A stretch of DNA of 64,000 nt from Campylobacteraceae bacterium. Lineage in GTDB: Bacteria; Campylobacterota; Campylobacteria; Campylobacterales; Sulfurovaceae. This document shows positions 28,954-37,864 of this stretch, piece after piece. The first letter of the stretch is position 1. Every line of letters starts with the position of its first letter. The notes beneath the pieces are model-generated. The model had not been told where the DNA came from. It was given only the letters and a program-made list of their open reading frames with translations, and did no database searches. The stretch is taken from assembly GCA_027065045.1 (NCBI GenBank), contig JAMOOX010000087.1, forward strand, positions 30,912 through 94,911, written 5' to 3'. Made by a program: the position numbers and the translations under genes.

Positions 28954-31900
28954 ATGGCTGAATATGGTGCTAGTAATATTAAAGTCCTTAAGGGATTAGA
29001 GGCAGTTAGAAAACGCCCAGGAATGTATATTGGTGATACTGCTTCAAAAGGTCTTCATCATCTAATATATGAAGTTGTAGATAACTCTATCGATGAGGCT
29101 ATGGCAGGATTTTGTGATACTATTAAGGTTACACTTACCAAAGATGGTACTGCTATTATAGAAGATAATGGTAGAGGTATCCCTGTAGCAGAGCATCCAA
29201 CAGAGAAGATTTCCGCAGCGACTGTGGTTTTGACTGTGCTTCATGCTGGAGGGAAGTTTGATAAAGATACTTATAAAGTATCTGGTGGGCTTCATGGTGT
29301 GGGTGTATCTGTTGTAAATGCACTTAGTGCAGATTTACATTTAGAGGTTTTTAAAGATGGGTATAGTTATACTCAAAGCTTCAAAGAGGGTATTCCTCAA
29401 GAGGATTTAATTCAAGGTGATAAGAGTAGAAAACATGGTACAAAGATAGAATTTTTACCTGATGAGACTATTTTTAAAGAGGGAATTATATTTGATTATA
29501 ATATTCTTGCTAAAAGATTTAAAGAGTTAGCATATCTAAATCCTAAAATTACCATTAAATTTAAAGATGAAAGAAGTAATAAAAGTGAGGTATATCACTT
29601 TGAGGGAGGACTTAAAGAGTTTGTAGATGATTTAAATAAGAATGAACCAATATCTTCTACACAATTTTTTCAAGGTAAGTCTGATGATATAGAGATAGAT
29701 ATTGCTATTATGTACTCTAATAGTGATAGTGATAGAGTAGTATCATTTGTAAATAATATCAAAACTGCCGATGGTGGTACTCATGAAGCAGGATTTAGAG
29801 CAGGGACTACAAGAAGTATATCTCAATATATATCCAAAAATGCCAATGCCAAAGAGAAAGGTACTAAGATTACAGGAGATGATACCAAAGAGGGATTAGT
29901 GGCTGTTGTATCTGTAAGAGTACCTGAACCACAATTTGAGGGGCAAACTAAAGGTAAGTTAGGTTCTAGTTATGTTAAACCATTAGTTCAAAAGTTTATA
30001 TATGAACAGTTTAATAAGTTTCTTGAAGAGACTCCATTAGAGGCAAAAGCTATTATGGCTCATACAATCTTAGCAGCCAAAGGTAGAGATGCAGCTAAAA
30101 GAGCCAAAGATTTAGTCAAACGAAAAGACTCTATGAGTATAGGCACACTTCCTGGGAAATTAGCAGATTGTCAAAGCAAAGACCCTGCTTTATCTGAAAT
30201 TTACCTTGTGGAAGGGGATAGTGCTGGTGGGTGTTTTACTGGTGATACTCAAATATCTTTAGCAGATGGAAGAGATTTATCATTTTTAGATTTAATAGAA
30301 GAGTATAAAGAGGGTAAAGAGAATTTTTGTTACACAATTAAAGATGATGGTTCTATTGGAATAGAAAAAATACTACACCCTAGAAAAACAAAATCAAATA
30401 CTACTCTTGTTGAAGTAACATTAGATAATGGGAAAAAGATTAGATGTACTCCTGAACATAAATTTATGATAAGAGATGGAGAGTATATTGAAGCTCAAAA
30501 TTTAGAGAATGGGCAGAGTTTAATGCCACTTTATAAAAAATTATCTAAAATTGAGAATAGAGTTACTATTGATGGTTATGAGATGGTTTTAAATCCTAAA
30601 AATTCTAAATGGATATTTACTCATATGTTATCTAATAATTGGAATTTAGAAAAAGGTATTTATGATAAGATTGAAAAAGCACATAAACACCATATAGATT
30701 TTAATAAATTAAATAATAATCCAACTAATTTAATTTTATTATCTGCTGATGCACATTTAAAATTACATCAAAAACATATATCTAAAACTTTACATACAAA
30801 AGAGGCGAAAGAGAAAGCAAAAAAGGCTCATCAAACAATAGAATATAAATTAAACGCTAGTAAAATTTCAAAAAAATATTCAAAAATATTATCTCAAAAA
30901 GCCAAAAAACAGTGGGAAGATGAGAATTATAAAGAGTATATGAAAAATAAATATTTAGAATTTTATCAGACAAATGCTCAATATAGAGAGAACCTTTTAA
31001 ATAGATTAGATAATGCTCAAAGAGAGTATTGGTCTAAAGAAGAGAATAGAGTAAAGCAATCTAAAAAAACTACTGATTATTATATAAGTAATCCAAAAGC
31101 TAGAGAGATTTTATCTCAAAAAGCTAAGGAGCAGTGGAGTAGTGAAGAGTTAAGAGAGTGGAGAGCTAAAAAAACTAAAGAGCAAATGTCTAATCCTGAT
31201 AATCTTAAGAGGAAGTTAGCCACAGAGAAAAAAACTAGAATAAAAAATAGTTTAGAACTTTTAAATAGAGTTGGTATAGATAATTATGAAGAGTATAGAA
31301 AAAATGATAGAAGAGTTTTTAAAATAGATACACTTATTTCTAAAATTAATGAGAGTGAAAATAATTTTAATTTCTTAAGTAATCAAGATTTAATTTCTAG
31401 TGATTTATATACATATAATCATAAAGTTATATCTGTTCAAAAATTATCTATAAAAGAGGATGTTTATGATATAGAAGTCCCAAATACACATAATTTCGCT
31501 TTGTCCTCTGGAGTATTTGTCCATAATTCTGCCAAACAAGGAAGAGATAGAGTATTCCAAGCTATTCTACCTCTAAAAGGTAAGATTTTAAATGTAGAAA
31601 AAGCACGATTAGAAAAAATCTTAAAATCTGATGAGATTAAAAATATGATTACTGCCCTTGGTTGTGGTATAGGTGATGAGTTTAATGAAGAGAAGCTTCG
31701 TTATCATAAAGTTATTATTATGACTGATGCTGATGTTGATGGTAGTCATATTCAGACACTTCTTATGACATTCTTTTTTAGATTTCTTAAGCCTATTATT
31801 GAAAAAGGTTATTTATATCTTGCTCAACCTCCTCTTTATCGTTATAAAAAGGGTAAAAATGAGACATATCTCAAAGATGATAGAGAGTTAAATGAGTTTT

Positions 31901-32568
31901 TGATAGAACATGGTATAACTATAATAGAGAGTGATACAATGGGGGATAATGATTTAATTGATTTATTTAAATTGGTATCTTATTATAAAAGTACGCTAAA
32001 TGAGATAGAGAGACGATACTCTATGCCTGAAGTTTTGAAATATTTAATAGAAAATTCTAATATATTTAATGAAGATACATTTATTGAAAAAACTTTAGAT
32101 ATAGAGGAGTATATCAATTCTCTTGGATTTAATATTTTAAATAGAGAGAGTAGTGAGAATAAAATTCATCTTTTTGTTCAGACTAATGATGGATTAGAGG
32201 AGTTACTTATTGATAAAGAGCTATTTAATGACCCTCATTTTGAAGAGGCTATATCTTTGTATCATAAGATAGATGGTAGGATTACCCAAGAGTTCAAAGA
32301 TAAAGATATGTTGAAACTTCTTACAAAAGTAGAGAGTTATGCCAAAAAAGGTGCATATATCCAAAGATATAAAGGGCTTGGAGAGATGAACCCAGAACAG
32401 CTTTGGGAGACTACAATGACACCAGAAAATAGAGTGCTTCTAAAAGTTGTAATTGATGATGACCAAGAAGCTAGTGATACATTCTCTCTATTTATGGGAG
32501 ATGAGGTAGAACCACGAAGGAACTATATTGAATCTCATGCAAAAGATGTTAAACATTTGGATGTTTAA
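28954..32568 (+). CDS. gyrB: DNA gyrase subunit B, interrupted by an in-frame intein
   Basis: MAEYGASNIKVLKGLEAVRKRPGMYIGD start, with GHKL ATPase and TOPRIM motifs. The exteins total about 772 aa and join as EGDSAGG|SAKQGRD. Confidence 0.95.
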   Translation: MAEYGASNIKVLKGLEAVRKRPGMYIGDTASKGLHHLIYEVVDNSIDEAMAGFCDTIKVTLTKDGTAIIEDNGRGIPVAEHPTEKISAATVVLTVLHAGGKFDKDTYKVSGGLHGVGVSVVNALSADLHLEVFKDGYSYTQSFKEGIPQEDLIQGDKSRKHGTKIEFLPDETIFKEGIIFDYNILAKRFKELAYLNPKITIKFKDERSNKSEVYHFEGGLKEFVDDLNKNEPISSTQFFQGKSDDIEIDIAIMYSNSDSDRVVSFVNNIKTADGGTHEAGFRAGTTRSISQYISKNANAKEKGTKITGDDTKEGLVAVVSVRVPEPQFEGQTKGKLGSSYVKPLVQKFIYEQFNKFLEETPLEAKAIMAHTILAAKGRDAAKRAKDLVKRKDSMSIGTLPGKLADCQSKDPALSEIYLVEGDSAGGCFTGDTQISLADGRDLSFLDLIEEYKEGKENFCYTIKDDGSIGIEKILHPRKTKSNTTLVEVTLDNGKKIRCTPEHKFMIRDGEYIEAQNLENGQSLMPLYKKLSKIENRVTIDGYEMVLNPKNSKWIFTHMLSNNWNLEKGIYDKIEKAHKHHIDFNKLNNNPTNLILLSADAHLKLHQKHISKTLHTKEAKEKAKKAHQTIEYKLNASKISKKYSKILSQKAKKQWEDENYKEYMKNKYLEFYQTNAQYRENLLNRLDNAQREYWSKEENRVKQSKKTTDYYISNPKAREILSQKAKEQWSSEELREWRAKKTKEQMSNPDNLKRKLATEKKTRIKNSLELLNRVGIDNYEEYRKNDRRVFKIDTLISKINESENNFNFLSNQDLISSDLYTYNHKVISVQKLSIKEDVYDIEVPNTHNFALSSGVFVHNSAKQGRDRVFQAILPLKGKILNVEKARLEKILKSDEIKNMITALGCGIGDEFNEEKLRYHKVIIMTDADVDGSHIQTLLMTFFFRFLKPIIEKGYLYLAQPPLYRYKKGKNETYLKDDRELNEFLIEHGITIIESDTMGDNDLIDLFKLVSYYKSTLNEIERRYSMPEVLKYLIENSNIFNEDTFIEKTLDIEEYINSLGFNILNRESSENKIHLFVQTNDGLEELLIDKELFNDPHFEEAISLYHKIDGRITQEFKDKDMLKLLTKVESYAKKGAYIQRYKGLGEMNPEQLWETTMTPENRVLLKVVIDDDQEASDTFSLFMGDEVEPRRNYIESHAKDVKHLDV
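30232..31527 (+). mobile_element. GyrB intein (432 aa) with HNH-type endonuclease core
   Basis: Block A is CFTGDTQISLADG (Cys1 codon at 30232) and block B is RCTPEHKF. Blocks F/G are VYDIEVPNTHNFALSSGVFVHN followed by +1 Ser (Asn codon at 31525-31527). The central HNH-like motif is HKHHIDFNKLNNNPTNLILLSADAHLKLH. Confidence 0.85.
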
Positions 32569-33980
32569 TGCTTTTATCTACACTATTAGAACGAGAGAGG
32601 CGATTTAAAATCGCACTAAGAGCAGGTATTCCTGCTTTGGTATTTATTTTTGTAATTTTGTATATTTTATTTGTTCAAGATACAAATATTGTTGTATCTA
32701 TTAAAGATAGTTTAGTTGTAGCAGGTATTGTATTTACTACCATATATTTTATATATTTTATGATAGAACTTGCTACTAAAGGTACTCTACTTGATAAAGA
32801 GACAGATGGATTTAATCAAAATGCTTTTATAGATATAGTCAAACATAAAAAACCCAAAACCATAGCACTTTTAGTGATTAAAAATTTAGACTCTATAGGA
32901 GAGAATTATGGATATAAAAATTTAAATATTACTCTAAATGATATTATAGATTCTCTTGATATATTTTTGGCTCAATATGGAGTAAAAAATATTATTATAG
33001 GGCGATATAGCAGGTCAAAATTTATATTAGCACTTGATAAGGATACCAAAGATATAGAAGAGATTTTGCATAAATTTACCAAAAACTATAACTCTATCAA
33101 AAATATAGAGATAGATTATATATTTTCTGTAATTGCAAATAATCATAAAGAGAGTGTTACTAAAATGATTAATCTAATAGATATTGATGCTAGTAGCAAA
33201 AAGAAAAAGCAGATTATTGTCAAAGATAGCAAAAAAGAGATAGAACTAGAAGATGCTATCAAAGATGCCCTTGATACTCAATCTCTAGCATTTACATTTA
33301 GACCACTGCTTAATAGTTCTACTGATAAAATTGATATTTATACTATCTCTATCAAAATGATTTTAAGAGACCAAAAAGAGCTACTACCACGAGTATATCT
33401 TCCTGTGATTAATCGTTTGGGATTGGGGCAAATTTATGATTTAGCCGTTGTAAAACAGGTTGCTCATACGGCATCATTAATTGATGATAGTATATCTTTG
33501 AGCTTTAATTTATCTCCATTTTCTATTAGAGATAGAGGTTTTTTGAGAAATGCTTTAAATATTATTAAAGCAGATGATATATCTCCTAATCGTATGATTA
33601 TAGAGATATATGAGAAAAATACTCACCATAATATGAGTAATTATCTTAAAATATTGGATAATATTAGAAATAAAGGTATTAGAATTTCAATAGATAATTT
33701 TGGTTCATCAAACTCATCATTTGATTATATAAAATATTTTAAATTTGATATGGTTCAATTTGATAGAGATTTTACTAAAAATATTGATGATAAGAATTCT
33801 CTTGCTATGTTTAATTCACTACTAAAGATGTGTAAAGAGTTAAATATTACAACAATAGCAAAATGGGTAGATGATGATACTCAAAAAGAGAAACTTAAAA
33901 AATTAAATGTAGATTATATGCAAGGTTTTGGTATTAAAAAACCAATTAGTAGAAGAGAACTTATAATGAAATATAGTTAG
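32568..33980 (+). CDS. membrane protein with GGDEF-like and degenerate EAL domains
   Basis: 2 TM helices. The EAL-domain landmarks are recognisable but altered: SIK in place of EAL, DNFG in place of DDFG, QFD in place of KxD. The ATG overlaps the gyrB stop (TAATG). Confidence 0.7.
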   Translation: MLLSTLLERERRFKIALRAGIPALVFIFVILYILFVQDTNIVVSIKDSLVVAGIVFTTIYFIYFMIELATKGTLLDKETDGFNQNAFIDIVKHKKPKTIALLVIKNLDSIGENYGYKNLNITLNDIIDSLDIFLAQYGVKNIIIGRYSRSKFILALDKDTKDIEEILHKFTKNYNSIKNIEIDYIFSVIANNHKESVTKMINLIDIDASSKKKKQIIVKDSKKEIELEDAIKDALDTQSLAFTFRPLLNSSTDKIDIYTISIKMILRDQKELLPRVYLPVINRLGLGQIYDLAVVKQVAHTASLIDDSISLSFNLSPFSIRDRGFLRNALNIIKADDISPNRMIIEIYEKNTHHNMSNYLKILDNIRNKGIRISIDNFGSSNSSFDYIKYFKFDMVQFDRDFTKNIDDKNSLAMFNSLLKMCKELNITTIAKWVDDDTQKEKLKKLNVDYMQGFGIKKPISRRELIMKYS

Positions 33981-33987
33981 ATAATAT

Positions 33988-34533
33988 ATGATAAGATTAG
34001 GTTCAAACTCTCCGACTAGAGCAAAAATATTAAGAGATAACTCTATTGAGTTTATTCAAAATGGTGGAAGTTTTGATGAGGATTTAATTACTACAACTAA
34101 TCCAAAAGAGTTTGTAGTAGAGGCAACAAAGGGTAAATATAGTGAATTATTTGCAAAATATGGTTGTGAGGATATGCCTCTTCTTGTATCAGATACAGTT
34201 GTAACCTGTGATAATAGACTCTTGCGAAAAGCTAAAAATAGGCAAGATGCAAGAGAGATGTTAGAACTTCAAAGTAATAATTATACAACTATTATAACTT
34301 GTATGATATTCAAATCTCTAAATAGCTATATATTTGATATATCTTATACCACATATAAATTTAAAGAGTTTAATATAGATGATTTAAATAAATATATAGA
34401 GAGTGGAGAGTGTATGGGAAAAGCAGGTGCTATAATGGTAGAGGGATTTTGTAAGCCTTATATAGAGAGTGTAGATGGATATGAATCTACTGCTATGGGG
34501 CTTTCTATAGAGAAACTGCTACCATTTTTGTAA
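33988..34533 (+). CDS. maf: Maf-like nucleoside triphosphate pyrophosphatase
   Basis: IRLGSNSPTRAKIL N-terminus, size and the C-terminal GKAGAIMVEG-like motif. Confidence 0.75.
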   Translation: MIRLGSNSPTRAKILRDNSIEFIQNGGSFDEDLITTTNPKEFVVEATKGKYSELFAKYGCEDMPLLVSDTVVTCDNRLLRKAKNRQDAREMLELQSNNYTTIITCMIFKSLNSYIFDISYTTYKFKEFNIDDLNKYIESGECMGKAGAIMVEGFCKPYIESVDGYESTAMGLSIEKLLPFL

Positions 34534-34599
34534 TATATACTTATAATTTACGCTTTTAACCCTTAATATGTTAAAATTTCATAATTTAAAAAAAGGATT

Positions 34600-35790
34600 A
34601 TGATTTTGGAAAATTTATCTGATGTTTCTTATGTATTAAATACATTTTTTACACTTTTTTCTATGGTATTAATTATATTTATGGTACCTGGATTTGCTAT
34701 GCTTGAAGCTGGATTAGTAAGAAGTAAAAATGTAACATCAGTACTTACTGCAAATACCATGATTTATGCTATTGCATCTTTAGCATTTTTACTTGTTGGT
34801 TACTCTTTGGCTTTTGGTAGTTGGGAAAATGACTCTATGAGTAAATGGGCTGCATTTCTATTTCAGATGGCATTTGTAGGTAAGATTATTAATATTATGA
34901 GTGGTGGTGTGAGTGAGAGAATTAAAATCTTGCCTTTGGCTCTTTTTGCAATAATTATGTCTGCTATTATATACCCTATGGTTGTAAATGTATCTTGGGG
35001 TGCAGATATGATTAGTGGTACATTTTTGGATTTAGATTTTTATGATTTGGCTGGTTCTACTGTAATTCACTCTACGGGTGGTTGGGCATTACTAGCTGCT
35101 ATTATGATAATGGGTGCTAGAAAAGGAAGATACCGTAAAAATGGTAAAATCCAACCAATACCTGCTTCAAATATTCCATTAGTTACTCTTGGTGCATTTT
35201 TATTATGGATTGGTTGGTTTGGATTTAATGGTGGTAGTGTAGGAAGTATCGCTTCAAAAGAGAGTGCAGATGCAGTAGCATTAACTATTATGAATACCAA
35301 TACGGCAGGATTAGCAGGTGCTCTAGTGGCATTTGTTGTTATGTATATTAAATATCGTAAATTTGATATTACAATGATGCTTAATGGTGCATTAGGTGGT
35401 CTTGTAGCAATTACTGCTGGACCTGATTTATATAATATATATCTACCTATTTTAATTGGTGGTATTGGTGGTGGATTAGTGATATTAGCCGTGCCATTTT
35501 TTGATAAATTAAAATTTGATGACCCAGTGGGTGCTTTATCAGTTCATCTTGTAAATGGTATATGGGGTACACTTGCTGTTGGTATCTTTGCTAGTAGTGA
35601 TGAAATATCTCTAATGGGACAAATAAAAGCAATTATTGTAGTAGCTATATTTGTATTTACTACATCTTATATTGTATTATATCTTATTAATAAGATATTA
35701 CCACTAAGAGTTGAAGAAGAGGATGAGTATAAAGGTCTTGATTTGTCTGAATGTGGAATGGAGAGTTATCCAGAGTTTGTAAAATCTTAA
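34600..35790 (+). CDS. amt: ammonium transporter
   Basis: About 11 TM helices with Amt signatures (GFAMLEAGLVRSKN, DLAGSTVIHSTGGW, WFGFNGGS). Confidence 0.93.
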   Translation: MILENLSDVSYVLNTFFTLFSMVLIIFMVPGFAMLEAGLVRSKNVTSVLTANTMIYAIASLAFLLVGYSLAFGSWENDSMSKWAAFLFQMAFVGKIINIMSGGVSERIKILPLALFAIIMSAIIYPMVVNVSWGADMISGTFLDLDFYDLAGSTVIHSTGGWALLAAIMIMGARKGRYRKNGKIQPIPASNIPLVTLGAFLLWIGWFGFNGGSVGSIASKESADAVALTIMNTNTAGLAGALVAFVVMYIKYRKFDITMMLNGALGGLVAITAGPDLYNIYLPILIGGIGGGLVILAVPFFDKLKFDDPVGALSVHLVNGIWGTLAVGIFASSDEISLMGQIKAIIVVAIFVFTTSYIVLYLINKILPLRVEEEDEYKGLDLSECGMESYPEFVKS

Positions 35791-35793
35791 TAA

Positions 35794-36147
<354 letters not shown>

Positions 36148-36152
36148 AGTAT

Positions 36153-36176
36153 AAATAGGGATTCTTCTCCCTATTT
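36153..36176 (+). terminator. possible hairpin terminator after the P-II gene
   Basis: AAATAGGGA-ttcttc-TCCCTATTT, a 9-bp stem 5 nt after the stop codon. There is no long U-tract beyond the stem. Confidence 0.4.
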
Positions 36177-36417
36177 AAGAGTTCATTAATTATCTTATTC
36201 CAAAATTATTATTTTCAATATATTTTCATTAAACTTTAGATAAGATTTCTAATAAATTCAAATTTTAAAGTTAGTCTGAAAGATATATCATTAATTGGTG
36301 ATGATGATTTAGTTAATATAGACTCTTTTAAAAAACACCTACAGCCGATTTCAAGATAGTAATAAATTAAGAGTGTAGTAAACCAAAAAATAATGATAAA
36401 TTAGTACAGCTTATGGA

Positions 36418-36600
36418 GTGTTTACCCGATGGTGGGACACCACATCATCTTCAAGATGTATTCACCCAAAAGCACCACGACCATTAACAACAAGAGAGGG
36501 TGCAAGAATACAATGTTTTCCAGATAATTATATATTTTATGGTTCAAGAAGTTCAAAAAATTTACAAATAGGTAATGCTGTACTACATTTTTATCAATAG
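36418..36600 (+). pseudogene. C-terminal relic of a C5 DNA cytosine methyltransferase
   Basis: [41 protein letters not shown] matches the motif IX-X region (RxLTxRExARxQxFPDxxxF...QIGNAV). The catalytic N-terminal motifs (PC, ENV) are absent, and upstream frames are broken by stops. Confidence 0.7.
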
Positions 36601-36735
36601 CTTTAAAAAACTCAATCAAACAATATTTAATATCTTTATAAAACAAATGCTTAATAAATATAATTATAAAATAATTTTTATTCCTATTTCATATAAATTA
36701 GGTACAATATTTACATTAAAATATTAGGAGCTTTA

Positions 36736-37650
36736 ATGAGAATATCAAAAATTATAACAACTACAATTATGCTTTTTACTCTTTCGTATTCAACTCACTC
36801 TTTTAAAAACTACTCGGATATATGTGAAAATAGTGATGAAAATAGCTGTTTAAATAACTCTGATGAGGTTCGTAATCTTCAACTTGCTTTAAACTCTGAT
36901 AAACATCTTAATCTCAACCTTAAACCTGATGGTAGATGGGGAGATAATACCAAAAATGCTGTAGAGAAGTTTCAAGAATTATATAATATCACACCTATCA
37001 AGGGATATGTAGGTGCAAAAACTAAAAAAAAATTAGATATGCTTTATAGTAATCTAAAACTTCCTAAAATTACTCATAAAACATCTTCTAAAAAAGTATC
37101 TAGTAGTCTATGTTATGCTGATTTTAAACGAACTACAAATCTAAGAAAAAGCTATAAAGTATTCAAAGACAGAAGACTTTTAAGTCAAGCAAATGGTAGA
37201 AATACAAAGCTAAAAGTAGATATATCTCAACAGAGAATAAATCTATATGTAAATGGTAAGGTAGCACTCTCTTCTCCTTGTACAACAGGGGCTAAACGAA
37301 AGCTAGAACCAAATACAAGAATAATTAGAGACCAACGGACACCAAAAGGTACATTTAAAATCAAAGAGAAAATTGCTGATAAGCGTTCAAGTATCTTTGG
37401 TAAATATTATATTAATGGTAGAATGGTTTATAAAGGTGATAGAAGAAAATATAGAGGTCCAAAAGCCAAATATGTAGGTGCATCTCTAAAGCATTGGATG
37501 AGATTAACAAATGGTGGTATTGGTCTTCATGCTAGTAAATATGTAAAAAGATACCCTGGGACAAATGGGTGTATTAGACTACCTCATAAAGTGGCAAAAG
37601 TTCTATTTTCAAAAGTAACTACAGGTACGCAAGTGAGTATTGTTAATTAA
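36736..37650 (+). CDS. L,D-transpeptidase (YkuD) with N-terminal peptidoglycan-binding domain
   Basis: Signal peptide, then a PG_binding_1-like VRNLQLALN...DGRWGDNTKNAVEKFQ, then a YkuD active-site block GIGLHAS...GTNGCIRLPH. Confidence 0.85.
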   Translation: MRISKIITTTIMLFTLSYSTHSFKNYSDICENSDENSCLNNSDEVRNLQLALNSDKHLNLNLKPDGRWGDNTKNAVEKFQELYNITPIKGYVGAKTKKKLDMLYSNLKLPKITHKTSSKKVSSSLCYADFKRTTNLRKSYKVFKDRRLLSQANGRNTKLKVDISQQRINLYVNGKVALSSPCTTGAKRKLEPNTRIIRDQRTPKGTFKIKEKIADKRSSIFGKYYINGRMVYKGDRRKYRGPKAKYVGASLKHWMRLTNGGIGLHASKYVKRYPGTNGCIRLPHKVAKVLFSKVTTGTQVSIVN

Positions 37651-37661
37651 GCAAATTATAT

Positions 37662-37688
37662 AAAAGGTTTGGTTTTAACAAACCTTTT
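37662..37688 (+). terminator. rho-independent terminator candidate
   Basis: AAAAGGTTTG-gttttaa-CAAACCTTTT, a 10-bp stem followed by T/A-rich sequence, 12 nt after the L,D-transpeptidase stop. Confidence 0.6.
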
Positions 37689-37864
37689 ATATTAAATTAA
37701 TATTACCTATGTTATAATTTCTCCATACAAATAAAATATAGATACAAATCTTTCTTAACAATTCCAAATAATTTATTAAAATTTAAATTTTGCCTATTTT
37801 ATTGGGTATTCTCTTAATTTTTATAAATTTTTCACACATTACATATAAAATCAAGGACATTAAA

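Noticed and set aside
37790-37864. TTG-initiated N-terminal extension of STAND/TPR paralogue 1 that would add a TM-like segment (MPILLGILLIFINF...), which could have been read as a membrane-anchoring effector.
   Set aside because: Paralogue 2 has no counterpart. The ATG at 37865 has a good AAGGA RBS at proper spacing. The extension lies in AT-rich promoter-like DNA. It was kept only as an alternative start.
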